Shown in pieces: positions 1 through 9,310 of a stretch of DNA of 64,000 bases. The notes under the pieces were generated by a model. That model saw only the letters and a program-made list of their open reading frames with translations, was not told the DNA's origin and did no database searches. The stretch is from Acidobacteriota bacterium (GTDB taxonomy: Bacteria; Acidobacteriota; UBA890; WLXD01). The translations under genes were made by a program, and so were the position numbers. The stretch lies in contig CAXWPL010000005.1 of NCBI GenBank assembly GCA_963666215.2, positions 768,001 to 832,000 of the forward strand. The letters are read 5' to 3'. Each line of letters opens with the position of its first letter. Position 1 is the stretch's first letter.

Positions 1-2
1 AG

Positions 3-803
3 GTGTCTGCAATGACCAGATCATCCATGACGCGCTTGCCACTACGAGTCAGCATCGTCACCTTGCTGTTGGCCGTGAACTTCAACGCCGTCGCAGTAAC
101 CGGATACGCGGCGGCACAGCGTGAGCCAGAGGCCGTCGCGCTTGCCGAGAGCGTTATGGAGCGGATGGGCGGCCACGCCGCGTGGGATTCAACCCACTAC
201 ATCAGCTGGCAGTTCTTCGGCGGCAGGCAGCACTACTGGAACAAGTGGAGCGGCGACATCCGCATCGAGATCCCCGCTGGCGAAAACCGCCAGGGCGAGC
301 CGACGCCTGCACGGTTGATCCTGATGAACCTCAACACTCAGCAGGGCCGCGCCTGGCGCGACGGTAACGAGATTACCGACGCCGCCGAGCTCAGAGAGGC
401 GCTGGAGGGCGGCAACGGGTCCTGGATCAACGACTCCTACTGGATGTTCATGCCCTACAAGCTGCTCGATCCGGGCGTCAGCCTGACGCACCTCGGCGAC
501 GAGATCATGAAAGACGACCGCATGGCGGAGGTGCTCAAGCTCACCTTCGACAGCGTCGGCAACACACCGCAGAACAGGTACCACGTCTACGTGGCGAAAG
601 ACTCCGGCCTCGTCGAGCAGTGGAGCTACTTTGCCGATCGCGCCGACGACGAGCCCGGCTTCACGCGGCCTTGGGCCGATTGGCAGCAGTTCGGCAAAAT
701 CATGCTCGCCACGAACAAGGGCCGCGGCGCCGACTGGCAAATCGCGGTCCACGAAGAGCTCCCTGCCGAGCTGTTCCGCGACCCCGCGTTCATGATGCAG
801 TAA
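3..803 (+). CDS. Secreted hypothetical protein
   Basis: 266-aa ORF with N-terminal signal-like hydrophobic stretch and GC3-rich codons; start lies at the window edge and is uncertain. Confidence 0.7.
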   Translation: MSAMTRSSMTRLPLRVSIVTLLLAVNFNAVAVTGYAAAQREPEAVALAESVMERMGGHAAWDSTHYISWQFFGGRQHYWNKWSGDIRIEIPAGENRQGEPTPARLILMNLNTQQGRAWRDGNEITDAAELREALEGGNGSWINDSYWMFMPYKLLDPGVSLTHLGDEIMKDDRMAEVLKLTFDSVGNTPQNRYHVYVAKDSGLVEQWSYFADRADDEPGFTRPWADWQQFGKIMLATNKGRGADWQIAVHEELPAELFRDPAFMMQ

Positions 804-2025
804 CCGGGCGGGGTGCCGCCCGCGTGCGCTTCACGAGCAGGCGCTCGCCAATCTCGACCGTCGCCAGCACATCGGCGATACGCTCGGCCGCGTGGCCATC
901 GCCGTAGGGATTCACCAGCCCCACCAGCGACGCCCGGAACCTGCCGCTCAGCCCTCGATCGACGGCAGCGAGAATCTGAGCAGTTTCCGCCGGCGCGTCA
1001 ATCACGTTCGCGGCACGCTCTCGGCCTTGCTGTCGCGCGCCAACGTTCACCGCCGGCAGCTCCAGCGAAGCCGCCTCCATGATGCCGCTGCTGCTGTTGC
1101 CGAGTAGCAGCGCGCTCTCCCGCAGCAGGGCCCAGTAGGTCGGCGTGTCGAGATTCACGTAGAGCCTCGAGCGCGAGCTGGCGTCACAGAAGGCGGCGGC
1201 GCGCTCGATCAGTCGCCGGCTACCAGCGTCAGAATTGGGGAAGCAGAAAAGCAGCTGGCGCCCCTGCTCGGTGAGCGCCGCGAGCGCCGCGTACAGGGCA
1301 TCGGCCTCGCCCGTGGTATCGCGCGCCAAGGTTACCGGGTGATAGCCGACGACGATCGGCGAGTCCAGCCCCAGGCCGTCAGGAGAACCGAGCTCGAGGC
1401 GCGTCAGCAGCTCTGCACTCGACGGCAACTCGGCGCGGCGCAGATGATCGAGCGAGGGAGCGCCGGCCTGGTGAACTCGCCAGGGCTCTTCGCCCATCAA
1501 CAGCACCCGCGCCGAGGCCTGCCGGGTGGGAGTGAAGTGGACGTGGCTCATCATCGTCAACGCATTGCGCACCGCGTTGTCGATCGCACCCTCGCTGACC
1601 TCGCCGCCCTCGATATGCGCAATCGGTATGCGCAAGGCCAGCGCCGTCGAAGCGGGCGCCAGCATTTCGTAGCGGTCGGCGATGAGTAGCAGCAGGTCGG
1701 GACGCATCGCCCCCAGCGTGTCGGCCAAGCTCAGCGTCGCGAGGCCGATGGTCTTGGCCATGCCGACGTCGCTGTCGGAGCTGATCAAACACTCGATCGC
1801 GGCGTCAACGACGAAACCGTCGGCCTCGATCTGCTCGAGAGTCCGACCGAACTCGGGCGACAGATGGGCCCCGAGAGCGATCAGCCGGAGGTCGACTCCG
1901 GGACGCTCACCGAGCTCGCGCAACACCCAGTACAGGTGCCCGTAGTCGGCTCGCGAGCTGGTGACGACCGCAATCGTGCGCCGCCCCGCTTCCACCCCGT
2001 CGCCACCTCCCTCATCGCCAAGCAT
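790..2025 (-). CDS. neuC: UDP-N-acetylglucosamine 2-epimerase (hydrolysing)
   Basis: Motifs VTSSRADYG, DRYEML, HIEGGE, GNSSSG, RQQGRE, NPYGDG. Confidence 0.9.
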   Translation of the reverse strand: MLGDEGGGDGVEAGRRTIAVVTSSRADYGHLYWVLRELGERPGVDLRLIALGAHLSPEFGRTLEQIEADGFVVDAAIECLISSDSDVGMAKTIGLATLSLADTLGAMRPDLLLLIADRYEMLAPASTALALRIPIAHIEGGEVSEGAIDNAVRNALTMMSHVHFTPTRQASARVLLMGEEPWRVHQAGAPSLDHLRRAELPSSAELLTRLELGSPDGLGLDSPIVVGYHPVTLARDTTGEADALYAALAALTEQGRQLLFCFPNSDAGSRRLIERAAAFCDASSRSRLYVNLDTPTYWALLRESALLLGNSSSGIMEAASLELPAVNVGARQQGRERAANVIDAPAETAQILAAVDRGLSGRFRASLVGLVNPYGDGHAAERIADVLATVEIGERLLVKRTRAAPRPVTAS

Positions 2026-2081
2026 TGGCAGCGATCGTAGACGCAGGAGTCGAGCGGCGCACGTCTGCCGCCGGAGCTAGC

Positions 2082-3110
2082 CTATCTCGCGGGCAACCCC
2101 GCCGCCAGCCCCTGGGATCCCTGCAACATCACGCGGTTGTTGAGAGTCTTGATGGCGCAACCGCCGTCAATCGAGATCAGGCGCGTGCGTCCGAAGACGT
2201 CGTAGCCGTCAATCGCGAAGACGTCGAGTCCCGGCGTGATGTCGATCCCGCTGACGCGCCTGAAATGCGCGTCGGGACCGCAGGGCTTCCTCACTCTGTT
2301 GGTGTGGGCGTCGAGAACCACGAAATCCCACGCGCTGGCGATATAGAAGCTCCCGTTCGGATGCGCCATGAACGCGGTGACGTCGAGGCCCGGCTTCTTG
2401 TAGCGCGCCTTCGCCAATTGATAGTTCGGCGGGCCGAGCTTGTAGATCGCGTCGTAGTGCCACTGCTTGCGCGTACCGGGGATCGGCGGCCCGGCGGCCT
2501 TGTCGACGACGAATAACGTGCCCCACTCATCCATGTCGAGGAACGCGGGACTCACCCAATCGTGGTTCACCCGCCCGAGCTCTGTGATCACACCATCGGG
2601 AGAGTACGACCACAGGTGCCCATCACGCGGCCACCGCCCCACCGCCGACTTGCCCATGTCGGCGATGATGAGGTTGCACTGCATGTCGTACTCCACGTCG
2701 GCGATAAGGCCGAAGCTCTGGCGCTCGATCACCGTGATCTCGTGTGTCCACGTATCGAAGACGACCACGTTGCGGCTGTTCGCCACGGCGACCTTCTCGC
2801 AAAAGCGACTGTGCGTGATGCCCTTGGGCTTGAGGCGCACGCCCAACGGTTGCTTGGCAACCGTGAAGTTCTTGCCGCTCTTGTTGGGACGAAAGCGGAT
2901 AAGCGAGTCGCTCTTGCCGGTGGCGGTAACCAGATCGCCGTTCTTGATGAAGAGACCCGTCCCGAGAGCAGCGGCGGAGCTGGTGAGGGTGGCGGCGGCG
3001 GAAGAGGAGACGGCAGCCGACGCTGGAGGGAGCGTAATCAGAAGAATGGCCAGGCCGGACAGCAGAGTGCGTGCCGCGCGCTTGCGCACGCCCCGTGAAG
3101 CTGCGTTCAT
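2082..3110 (-). CDS. Secreted putative beta-propeller (NHL/SMP-30-like) protein
   Basis: ATG at 3110 then signal peptide; repeated ~40-aa blades (PKGITH, LIIAD, LFVVD, FYIA, VSGIDITP). Confidence 0.55.
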   Translation of the reverse strand: MNAASRGVRKRAARTLLSGLAILLITLPPASAAVSSSAAATLTSSAAALGTGLFIKNGDLVTATGKSDSLIRFRPNKSGKNFTVAKQPLGVRLKPKGITHSRFCEKVAVANSRNVVVFDTWTHEITVIERQSFGLIADVEYDMQCNLIIADMGKSAVGRWPRDGHLWSYSPDGVITELGRVNHDWVSPAFLDMDEWGTLFVVDKAAGPPIPGTRKQWHYDAIYKLGPPNYQLAKARYKKPGLDVTAFMAHPNGSFYIASAWDFVVLDAHTNRVRKPCGPDAHFRRVSGIDITPGLDVFAIDGYDVFGRTRLISIDGGCAIKTLNNRVMLQGSQGLAAGLPAR

Positions 3111-3402
3111 GTTGTTCTCGCTGTTTCTCCCAGGCCCAGGAACGTCGCTGCACGGCGCGCTTGGCGGCGGCACGGCGATCGGCCAGCTGCGAAGTCTAGG
3201 AGGGTCGGACCCCGACTGCAATGGACGCAAGGCGCCGCATCAGGGCGCCCACTGTCCTCCCTGGACAGGAGCGGACAAGCGCGGCCAGCGGTCCTCGGCC
3301 AACCGCCGCGATTGCGAAATCGGGTGGGGAATGCGAGCCTCGCGAGCTGTTCACGCGGCCGGACCTCGCCGGCGCGGCCACACCAGCGGGCTCTAGACAA
3401 CT

Positions 3403-4389
3403 ATGGCAAAACGGCCGATCCTCGTCACCGGCGCCACCGGCTTCACGGGCGGTGCTCTGGCCCGAAGGCTCCTGCACGACGGGCAGCAAGTGCGCGTGCT
3501 GGCTCGAGAGTCGCGGCGCGCGGCCGAGCTGGTGGCTGCCGGCGCCGAGGTCTTGCTTGGCGACTTGCGTGACAGCAACTCGCTGGCCGCGGCCATGGCT
3601 GACGCCAGCGTCGTCTACCACGTGGCGGCCAGCTTCCGTGACGCAGCGTCGGCCCAGGAGCTGCACGAAGTCAACGCCATCGGCACGCAGTCGCTACTCG
3701 AAGCGGCCATCAACGCGGACGTCGAACGCTTCGTTCACTGCAGCACGATTGGCGTGCACGGCGACGTCGAGAGCCCGCCGGCCGACGAAACCGCGCCGTT
3801 CCGCCCGGGCGACGCCTACCAAGCCTCGAAGCTGGCCGCCGAGCAGATCGTGCGGGACGCCATGCGAGACAACAGGCTGCCGATTTCGATTTTCCGCCCG
3901 GGCGGCATGTACGGCCCTCGAGATACGCGCTTCCTCAAGCTCTTCCGGGCAATCTCGCGTGGTCGGTTCTTGATGATCGGCGACGGCTCGCCCCTCTACC
4001 ATCTCACCTACATCGACGACCTCGTTGACGGGATTCTGCTGTGCGGCACGAGCCCGGAGGCGGTTGGCGAAACGTTTCTCCTTCTGGGCCCCGAATACAC
4101 GTCGCTCGGCGAGCTCGTCGCTCGCATCGCCCACGCGTGCGACGTCAAGCCACCGTGGCTACGCGTACCGTTCTGGCCAGTGTACGGTGTGGCCGCCGCC
4201 TGCGAGGCGGTGTGCTCGCCGTTCGGCGTACAGCCGCCGTTGTTCCGGCGCCGCGTCGACTTCTTCCGCAAGTCGCGAGCGTTCGACATCTCGAAAGCTC
4301 GTCGAGTGTTGGGATTCGCGCCTGAGCACGACCTGAGCGCCGGGCTGCGGCGAACGGTCGAGTGGTACCGCCGCGAGCGACTCCTCTAG
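3403..4389 (+). CDS. NAD-dependent epimerase/dehydratase (extended SDR)
   Basis: GATGFTG Rossmann motif, YQASK catalytic motif, RPGGMYGP. Confidence 0.9.
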   Translation: MAKRPILVTGATGFTGGALARRLLHDGQQVRVLARESRRAAELVAAGAEVLLGDLRDSNSLAAAMADASVVYHVAASFRDAASAQELHEVNAIGTQSLLEAAINADVERFVHCSTIGVHGDVESPPADETAPFRPGDAYQASKLAAEQIVRDAMRDNRLPISIFRPGGMYGPRDTRFLKLFRAISRGRFLMIGDGSPLYHLTYIDDLVDGILLCGTSPEAVGETFLLLGPEYTSLGELVARIAHACDVKPPWLRVPFWPVYGVAAACEAVCSPFGVQPPLFRRRVDFFRKSRAFDISKARRVLGFAPEHDLSAGLRRTVEWYRRERLL

Positions 4390-4507
4390 ACAGTCGATCG
4401 CACGCAGACGCAACTGCACACCAACCGTCTGGCCAGCCAGTCATCACCTGTGCCCGCCCGTAGCATCAGGCGTGCACAAACCGGGGCGAATCTCGCGATA
4501 GGGTCAG

Positions 4508-5260
4508 GTGATGGGCATTCGACCGTTGATCGTCAAGGCGCTACAGAAGACGGGCCTCAACCGAGTCGCGCACCGGATCTACTACCGCCACGTACACGGC
4601 TTCGATACCGCCAACCGCGCCGTCCTGACCGCGCTGGAACGCTCATTCGAGCTCGCTGCCAGCAATGGCGTGCTCGGCGACGGTGACTATTGCGAGTTCG
4701 GCATCTTCAAGGGCTACGCCTTTCTGCACGCACAGCGCACCGCGGCGCAGCACCAGCTCGAGAGCATGCGCTTCTTCGGATTCGACTCGTTCGCCGGGCT
4801 GCCACCCATCGAAGCCGCCGATCTCACGAAGAACGACGAATTCTATGAGGGTCAGTACGCCTGCTCGAAGGAACATGTCGTCGCCAACCTGAGCTCGGCC
4901 GACGGCGGCGTGGACTGGGACCGGACGTTTCTCGTGGAAGGCTACTTCGATCGGTCACTGACGCCGCAGCTCAAGCGCGACCACGATCTGAAGGCGGTCG
5001 CAGTGGCGCTCATCGACTGCGATCTGTACGCCTCGACCGTGAATGTGCTGACGTTTCTCGACGGCCTCCTGCTGGACGGCTCGGTGCTGATGTTCGACGA
5101 CTGGAACTGCTTCGATCGCGACGACGAACGCGGGCAGCGTCGCGCGTTCGGCGACTTCCTCGGCGCACACGCGGAATGGACTGCCGAAGAGAGCTTCGCG
5201 TACGGCGACTGGGGCCAGGTGTTTGTTCTACGCGGCCCCGCCCAGCGCCCCCGCGCGTGA
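4508..5260 (+). CDS. TylF/MycF/NovP-family O-methyltransferase
   Basis: GDYCEFGIFKG, FGFDSFAGLP, IDCDLY, FDDW motifs. Confidence 0.85.
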   Translation: MMGIRPLIVKALQKTGLNRVAHRIYYRHVHGFDTANRAVLTALERSFELAASNGVLGDGDYCEFGIFKGYAFLHAQRTAAQHQLESMRFFGFDSFAGLPPIEAADLTKNDEFYEGQYACSKEHVVANLSSADGGVDWDRTFLVEGYFDRSLTPQLKRDHDLKAVAVALIDCDLYASTVNVLTFLDGLLLDGSVLMFDDWNCFDRDDERGQRRAFGDFLGAHAEWTAEESFAYGDWGQVFVLRGPAQRPRA

Positions 5261-5292
5261 GCTTGGCTCTTTTCTAAAGATCTCTCCTCTAA

Positions 5293-6617
5293 CAGGCTGC
5301 TGAAAAACGGCTCACGAGTGTCGATCCGGTCCCCGAGCGGCAGCGTGGAGTAGGCATGGCGCGCACCGTTGAAGGGGGGCGATCGCAAACGACCCTTCGC
5401 TCGTCACCTCGAGGGCCGGTTTGGCACTCCGGGGTCCCACTGCCTTCACGTCAGCGCCTCGAGATTGCGTATTCTCACCAAGGTGAACGCCGCCGCGGTG
5501 AAGACGAACATCCAGCCGACGCGGTCGACCCCTCGGTGCTTCGTCTTGCGGATCAGTCCGACTGTCTTTCCCCAGCCGAAGACCTGCTCGACGAGCTTGC
5601 GTTTGACCTGGCTTTGCTTATAGCCGGCGTGCCTCGTTGTGCGGCCATCGATCGCGCTGCGTCTGTTGGTGTCGTTCTGCGCCACATACGGCGTTACGTT
5701 CCGATCTCTCAGCTTGCCGACGCACTCCTTGGTGTCGTAGTTCTTGTCGCCACCCATAGTCACGCGATCTGTCCCGGGGATCTCGCCGGCCATCGCCACT
5801 GCCGCATCTCGTTCCGCTGTGCCTGAAGCCTTCGTTACCATCGCGTTGGTCGGCAGCCCGTGGCGGTTGTCGACTACCAGGTGGCCCATGTAGCAGAGCT
5901 TCGCCTCGGATCCCTTGCTCTTCCTATACAGGCGGGCGTCAGGATCGGTTCTCGAGGCGTGTGTATCGCTCTTGCGCCGCTGTTTGCGGAAATCGACGTC
6001 CGGGTTCCGGCCGCCACCACTGGGTGGATCCTGCCGCCCGCTCGGGTCTTTGGGCTGGTAGCTCTTGTGCGATGCCCACGCTTCGATCAGCGTTCCATCA
6101 ACGGTGAAGTGCTCGTCCGATAGCAGTCCGCGCCTGCGCGCTTGCTCCACGACTTGCTCGAAGAACACTTCGGCGACCTCACCACCGAGCACCCGGTCTC
6201 GGTTCTTGGTGAACACCGTCGCATCCCACACCGCATCGTCCATGTTCAAGCCCACGAACCAGCGGAATAGCAGGTTGTAGTCGAGCTGCTCCATCAGCAT
6301 GCGCTCGGAGCGGATCGTATACAGCACCTGCAGCAGCAATGCCCGCAACAGCTTCTCCGGCGGGATCGACGGCCGCCCCGTGTGCGAGTACATGCCGGCG
6401 AACAGTGGCGACATCTGTTCCAGCACGTTGTTGACGATCTTCAGCAGCCGCCGCAGCGGATGGTCCTTCGGTACCCTCTGCTCGGGCGAGATATAGCTGA
6501 ACGCTGCCACTTGACCCGCGTCTTCACCACGCATCTGCTCACCTCGTCGATGCTTCCGGTTGGCACGGGGCTGCATGGGTCAAGCTACATGAACAGCGGG
6601 AGTTTTTCAGCAGCCTG
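5293..6617 (-). mobile_element. IS5-family insertion sequence, copy 1 (1325 bp)
   Basis: Perfect 16-bp terminal inverted repeats CAGGCTGCTGAAAAAC (5293-5308 / 6602-6617); YTAR-type flanks. Confidence 0.92.
5446..6534 (-). CDS. IS5-family DDE transposase
   Basis: MRG..FSYISPEQRVP..HPLR N-terminus, GRPSIPPE, VDGT, GGDKNYD, RKLVEQVFG; ATG at 6534 follows GAGGTGA RBS. Confidence 0.93.
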   Translation of the reverse strand: MRGEDAGQVAAFSYISPEQRVPKDHPLRRLLKIVNNVLEQMSPLFAGMYSHTGRPSIPPEKLLRALLLQVLYTIRSERMLMEQLDYNLLFRWFVGLNMDDAVWDATVFTKNRDRVLGGEVAEVFFEQVVEQARRRGLLSDEHFTVDGTLIEAWASHKSYQPKDPSGRQDPPSGGGRNPDVDFRKQRRKSDTHASRTDPDARLYRKSKGSEAKLCYMGHLVVDNRHGLPTNAMVTKASGTAERDAAVAMAGEIPGTDRVTMGGDKNYDTKECVGKLRDRNVTPYVAQNDTNRRSAIDGRTTRHAGYKQSQVKRKLVEQVFGWGKTVGLIRKTKHRGVDRVGWMFVFTAAAFTLVRIRNLEALT

Positions 6618-6697
6618 CTAGAAGCGCGGCTCCTCAGGAGCGTGGGCGAAGCAGAAATCGGAGTCTTGGATCGCTCACCCTGCGCGGCCTCGATCGG

Positions 6698-6757
6698 ATG
6701 TTAGGATAGGTAACATTGTTGATGACCATCAACCCAGATGTTACTATGGGAAGCAAT
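6698..6757. promoter_or_regulatory. Putative operator cluster upstream of the XRE regulator
   Basis: ATGTTA-N7-TAACAT (6698-6716), GTTGATG-AC-CATCAAC (6718-6733), second ATGTTA half-site at 6738. Confidence 0.5.
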
Positions 6758-6798
6758 ATGCCTTCTCCACTCCCTGGGAGGTCGCAGAGAAACCAGAT

Positions 6799-8133
6799 AT
6801 GGCCGAGAAGCTGAAGGATATCGGCAGTGTTCTCCAGGAAGCGCGGACGTCACGCGGTTTCACTCAGGCTGACATCGCACCTCAGCTTGGTGTATCGCGA
6901 GCCACCGTTGCCCAGATCGAGACAGGGCGGCGATCCTTGAAGGCTGAAGATCTGCGCCGGCTAGCTGCCTTCTATGGCTGTAGCCCCAGCGAGCTCCTGC
7001 CCTGCGCTACCGACGACGAGAAAGTGGGAGGCGTTGCCGAGCTGTGCCACTCGCATCCTATTCTCGCGGAAGATCAAGGGCCGAATTCCTTCGTCCGTGT
7101 GTGCGCGATGGCGAGAGCGCTCACGGATGTGGAAGCAAGCCTTGAGATCGACGCGCTTGCACACCCGCTTCCTTTGTACCGAATTGAGCGCGCAAATACG
7201 CCGTGGCAAGCAGTGTGGCAAGGACATCGCATTGCGGAGGATGAGCGGCGCCGCCTAGCACTTGGAGAGGGGCCCGTCCGTTTCGTCGACGAACTGCTCA
7301 TGACGTCGGGCGTTCGTTCCGGCAAGGCAACTCTGCCTAACGGAATCACTTCGATTTCGATCGCTCAACCGGATCACGGGCTTCTTGTTGTGGTCGACGA
7401 GAGCCTTAGTCTCGAACACCGCCGCTTCAGATACGCACACGGACTTGCCCATTTCTTGTTCGATACCGAAGGGGCATGGCGCGTATGCGTTTCTGGCGTG
7501 GCGCTTGATCTTGCGGAGCTGAGGGCCGACGCTTTCGCAAGCGGCCTTCTGATTCCCCAGAATGGCCTGCGTCGATACGTGGAGAGCCTCGGCAAAGAGA
7601 CATTCGGACGCTCTGGTCCCACGGTGCTCTCCGTGTTTTCAGAGGGCGACGGTCGCGACAAGACGGGCGAGAGCCGTCGGGTGGATGGTCGCCAGCGCAA
7701 GGGTCGTCACCCGATCACATTGTCGGACGTCCTACGCACGGCTCACTACTACGGCACGAGCGCCAACGTGGCTGCGCATCGTTTGAGAAACCTCCGACTT
7801 TTGACAGACCGGGAACTCGATCAACTAGAAACGATGTTGGGGAGTGAAAAGCATACGCCAACTGACCGGGAACTTGCTCTACAGGCAGCACCCCATGAGA
7901 TGGACGCCCTCTGTTCTCGACTGGCGGCGCTGGCGGCCAGTGCACTCCATCGGGGGAATATCGATGTCCCCAGATTCAACGAACTAGCGGAGTTCGCGGG
8001 AGTTGCCGTGGTCGACCGAGAGCGTCTCTTGTCTATTACGGCGCCGCCTTCACAACACGAGCGTGAGACTTCTATTCTAGCCAAACATCCGAAGCGACAG
8101 CCTCACAGGAGAAGGAGCAACCATGAAGAGTAA
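6799..8133 (+). CDS. XRE-family HTH fused to ImmA/IrrE (DUF955-like) metallopeptidase domain
   Basis: N-terminal HTH (TQADIA..LGVSRATVAQIETGRR); RFRYAHGLAH and ELRADAFASGLLIP. Confidence 0.85.
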   Translation: MAEKLKDIGSVLQEARTSRGFTQADIAPQLGVSRATVAQIETGRRSLKAEDLRRLAAFYGCSPSELLPCATDDEKVGGVAELCHSHPILAEDQGPNSFVRVCAMARALTDVEASLEIDALAHPLPLYRIERANTPWQAVWQGHRIAEDERRRLALGEGPVRFVDELLMTSGVRSGKATLPNGITSISIAQPDHGLLVVVDESLSLEHRRFRYAHGLAHFLFDTEGAWRVCVSGVALDLAELRADAFASGLLIPQNGLRRYVESLGKETFGRSGPTVLSVFSEGDGRDKTGESRRVDGRQRKGRHPITLSDVLRTAHYYGTSANVAAHRLRNLRLLTDRELDQLETMLGSEKHTPTDRELALQAAPHEMDALCSRLAALAASALHRGNIDVPRFNELAEFAGVAVVDRERLLSITAPPSQHERETSILAKHPKRQPHRRRSNHEE

Positions 8134-9277
8134 AATCAAGATTGCAATCGCGGGCGTTGGCAACTGTGCCAGCTCCCTGGTTCAGGGACTTGAGTACTAT
8201 CGGCACCACGATCTATCAGAAGCCGCCGGGCTCATTCATCCTGAACTTGGTGGCTACCGAATCAAGGACGTCGAGGTCGTTGCTGCATTCGATGTGGATC
8301 GGCGAAAAGTGGGGCGGACCCTTCACGAGGCTGTTTTTGCCCCCCCGAATTGTACGACCGTTTTCCAGAAAGAGCTCCCCTCGACAAGTGTCGCCGTTCA
8401 GATGGCGCCGGTGCTGGACGGCATTGCCGGTCACATGGAGCGCTACCCGGATGATCGGGCCTTTCGCTTGTCCGACGCGGAGCCGGTTGATGTTGCCAAG
8501 ACGCTCAACGCAGCCGGCGCCGAGATCCTCGTGTGCTATTTGCCGGTCGGCTCGGAGCAAGCCGTGCGCCATTACGCGATGGCTTGCCTGGACGCCGGTG
8601 TCGCCATGGTCAACTGCGTACCGGTATTCATCGCTTCTAGCACGGAGTTCGCGGAGCAGTTCGAAAGGAGGAGGCTACCGATCGTAGGCGACGACATCAA
8701 GAGCCAGTTCGGAGCCACGCTCCTGCACCGGATCATCGCGCGCACGCTCGGCGACCGGGGCGCGGAAATCGAGCGCACCTACCAGCTGAACACGGGCGGC
8801 AACACCGACTTCCTCAATATGCTCGAGCGGGCGCGGCTTGAGACCAAGAAGATCTCGAAAACGGAATCCGTACAGTCGCAGTTCGACAAACGCCTCCCGG
8901 ACGAGAACATCCACATCGGCCCCTCCGACTACGTACCGTGGCAGAACGATAACAAGGTTTGCTTTCTGCGCATTGAATGGCGTGGCTTCGGTGACGTGCC
9001 CATGAACCTCGAAGCGCGCCTTTCCGTCGAGGATTCGCCGAACTCCGCGGGTGTGGTGATCGACGCCGTCCGCTGCGCCAAGCTAGCGCTCGATCGGAGG
9101 ATTGGGGGGCCGCTGAAGGTTGCCTCAGCCTGCATGATGAAGCACCCGCCGGAGCAGATGCGGGACAGCGAGGCCTTTGCCGCGCTGGAGAAGTTCATCT
9201 CCGGCGAGGTGCACCCACTCACGGAACACGAGCAGCAAAACCAGCTTCTTCAATATGGTCGAGAAGATGCGGCTTGA
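8123..9277 (+). CDS. ino1: myo-inositol-1-phosphate (inositol-3-phosphate) synthase
   Basis: GVGNCASSLVQG, GDDIKSQFGAT, QLNTGGNTDFLNM, VEDSPNSAG; AGGAG RBS. Confidence 0.93.
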   Translation: MKSKIKIAIAGVGNCASSLVQGLEYYRHHDLSEAAGLIHPELGGYRIKDVEVVAAFDVDRRKVGRTLHEAVFAPPNCTTVFQKELPSTSVAVQMAPVLDGIAGHMERYPDDRAFRLSDAEPVDVAKTLNAAGAEILVCYLPVGSEQAVRHYAMACLDAGVAMVNCVPVFIASSTEFAEQFERRRLPIVGDDIKSQFGATLLHRIIARTLGDRGAEIERTYQLNTGGNTDFLNMLERARLETKKISKTESVQSQFDKRLPDENIHIGPSDYVPWQNDNKVCFLRIEWRGFGDVPMNLEARLSVEDSPNSAGVVIDAVRCAKLALDRRIGGPLKVASACMMKHPPEQMRDSEAFAALEKFISGEVHPLTEHEQQNQLLQYGREDAA

Positions 9278-9310
9278 GACCGAGAAGATCAAGAAAACGG
9301 GTGAGGTGGA

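Noticed and set aside
6799-8133. ImmA/IrrE fusion as a marker of a prophage or defence system
   Set aside because: No integrase, phage, toxin or CBASS-type genes nearby; it overlaps the start of ino1
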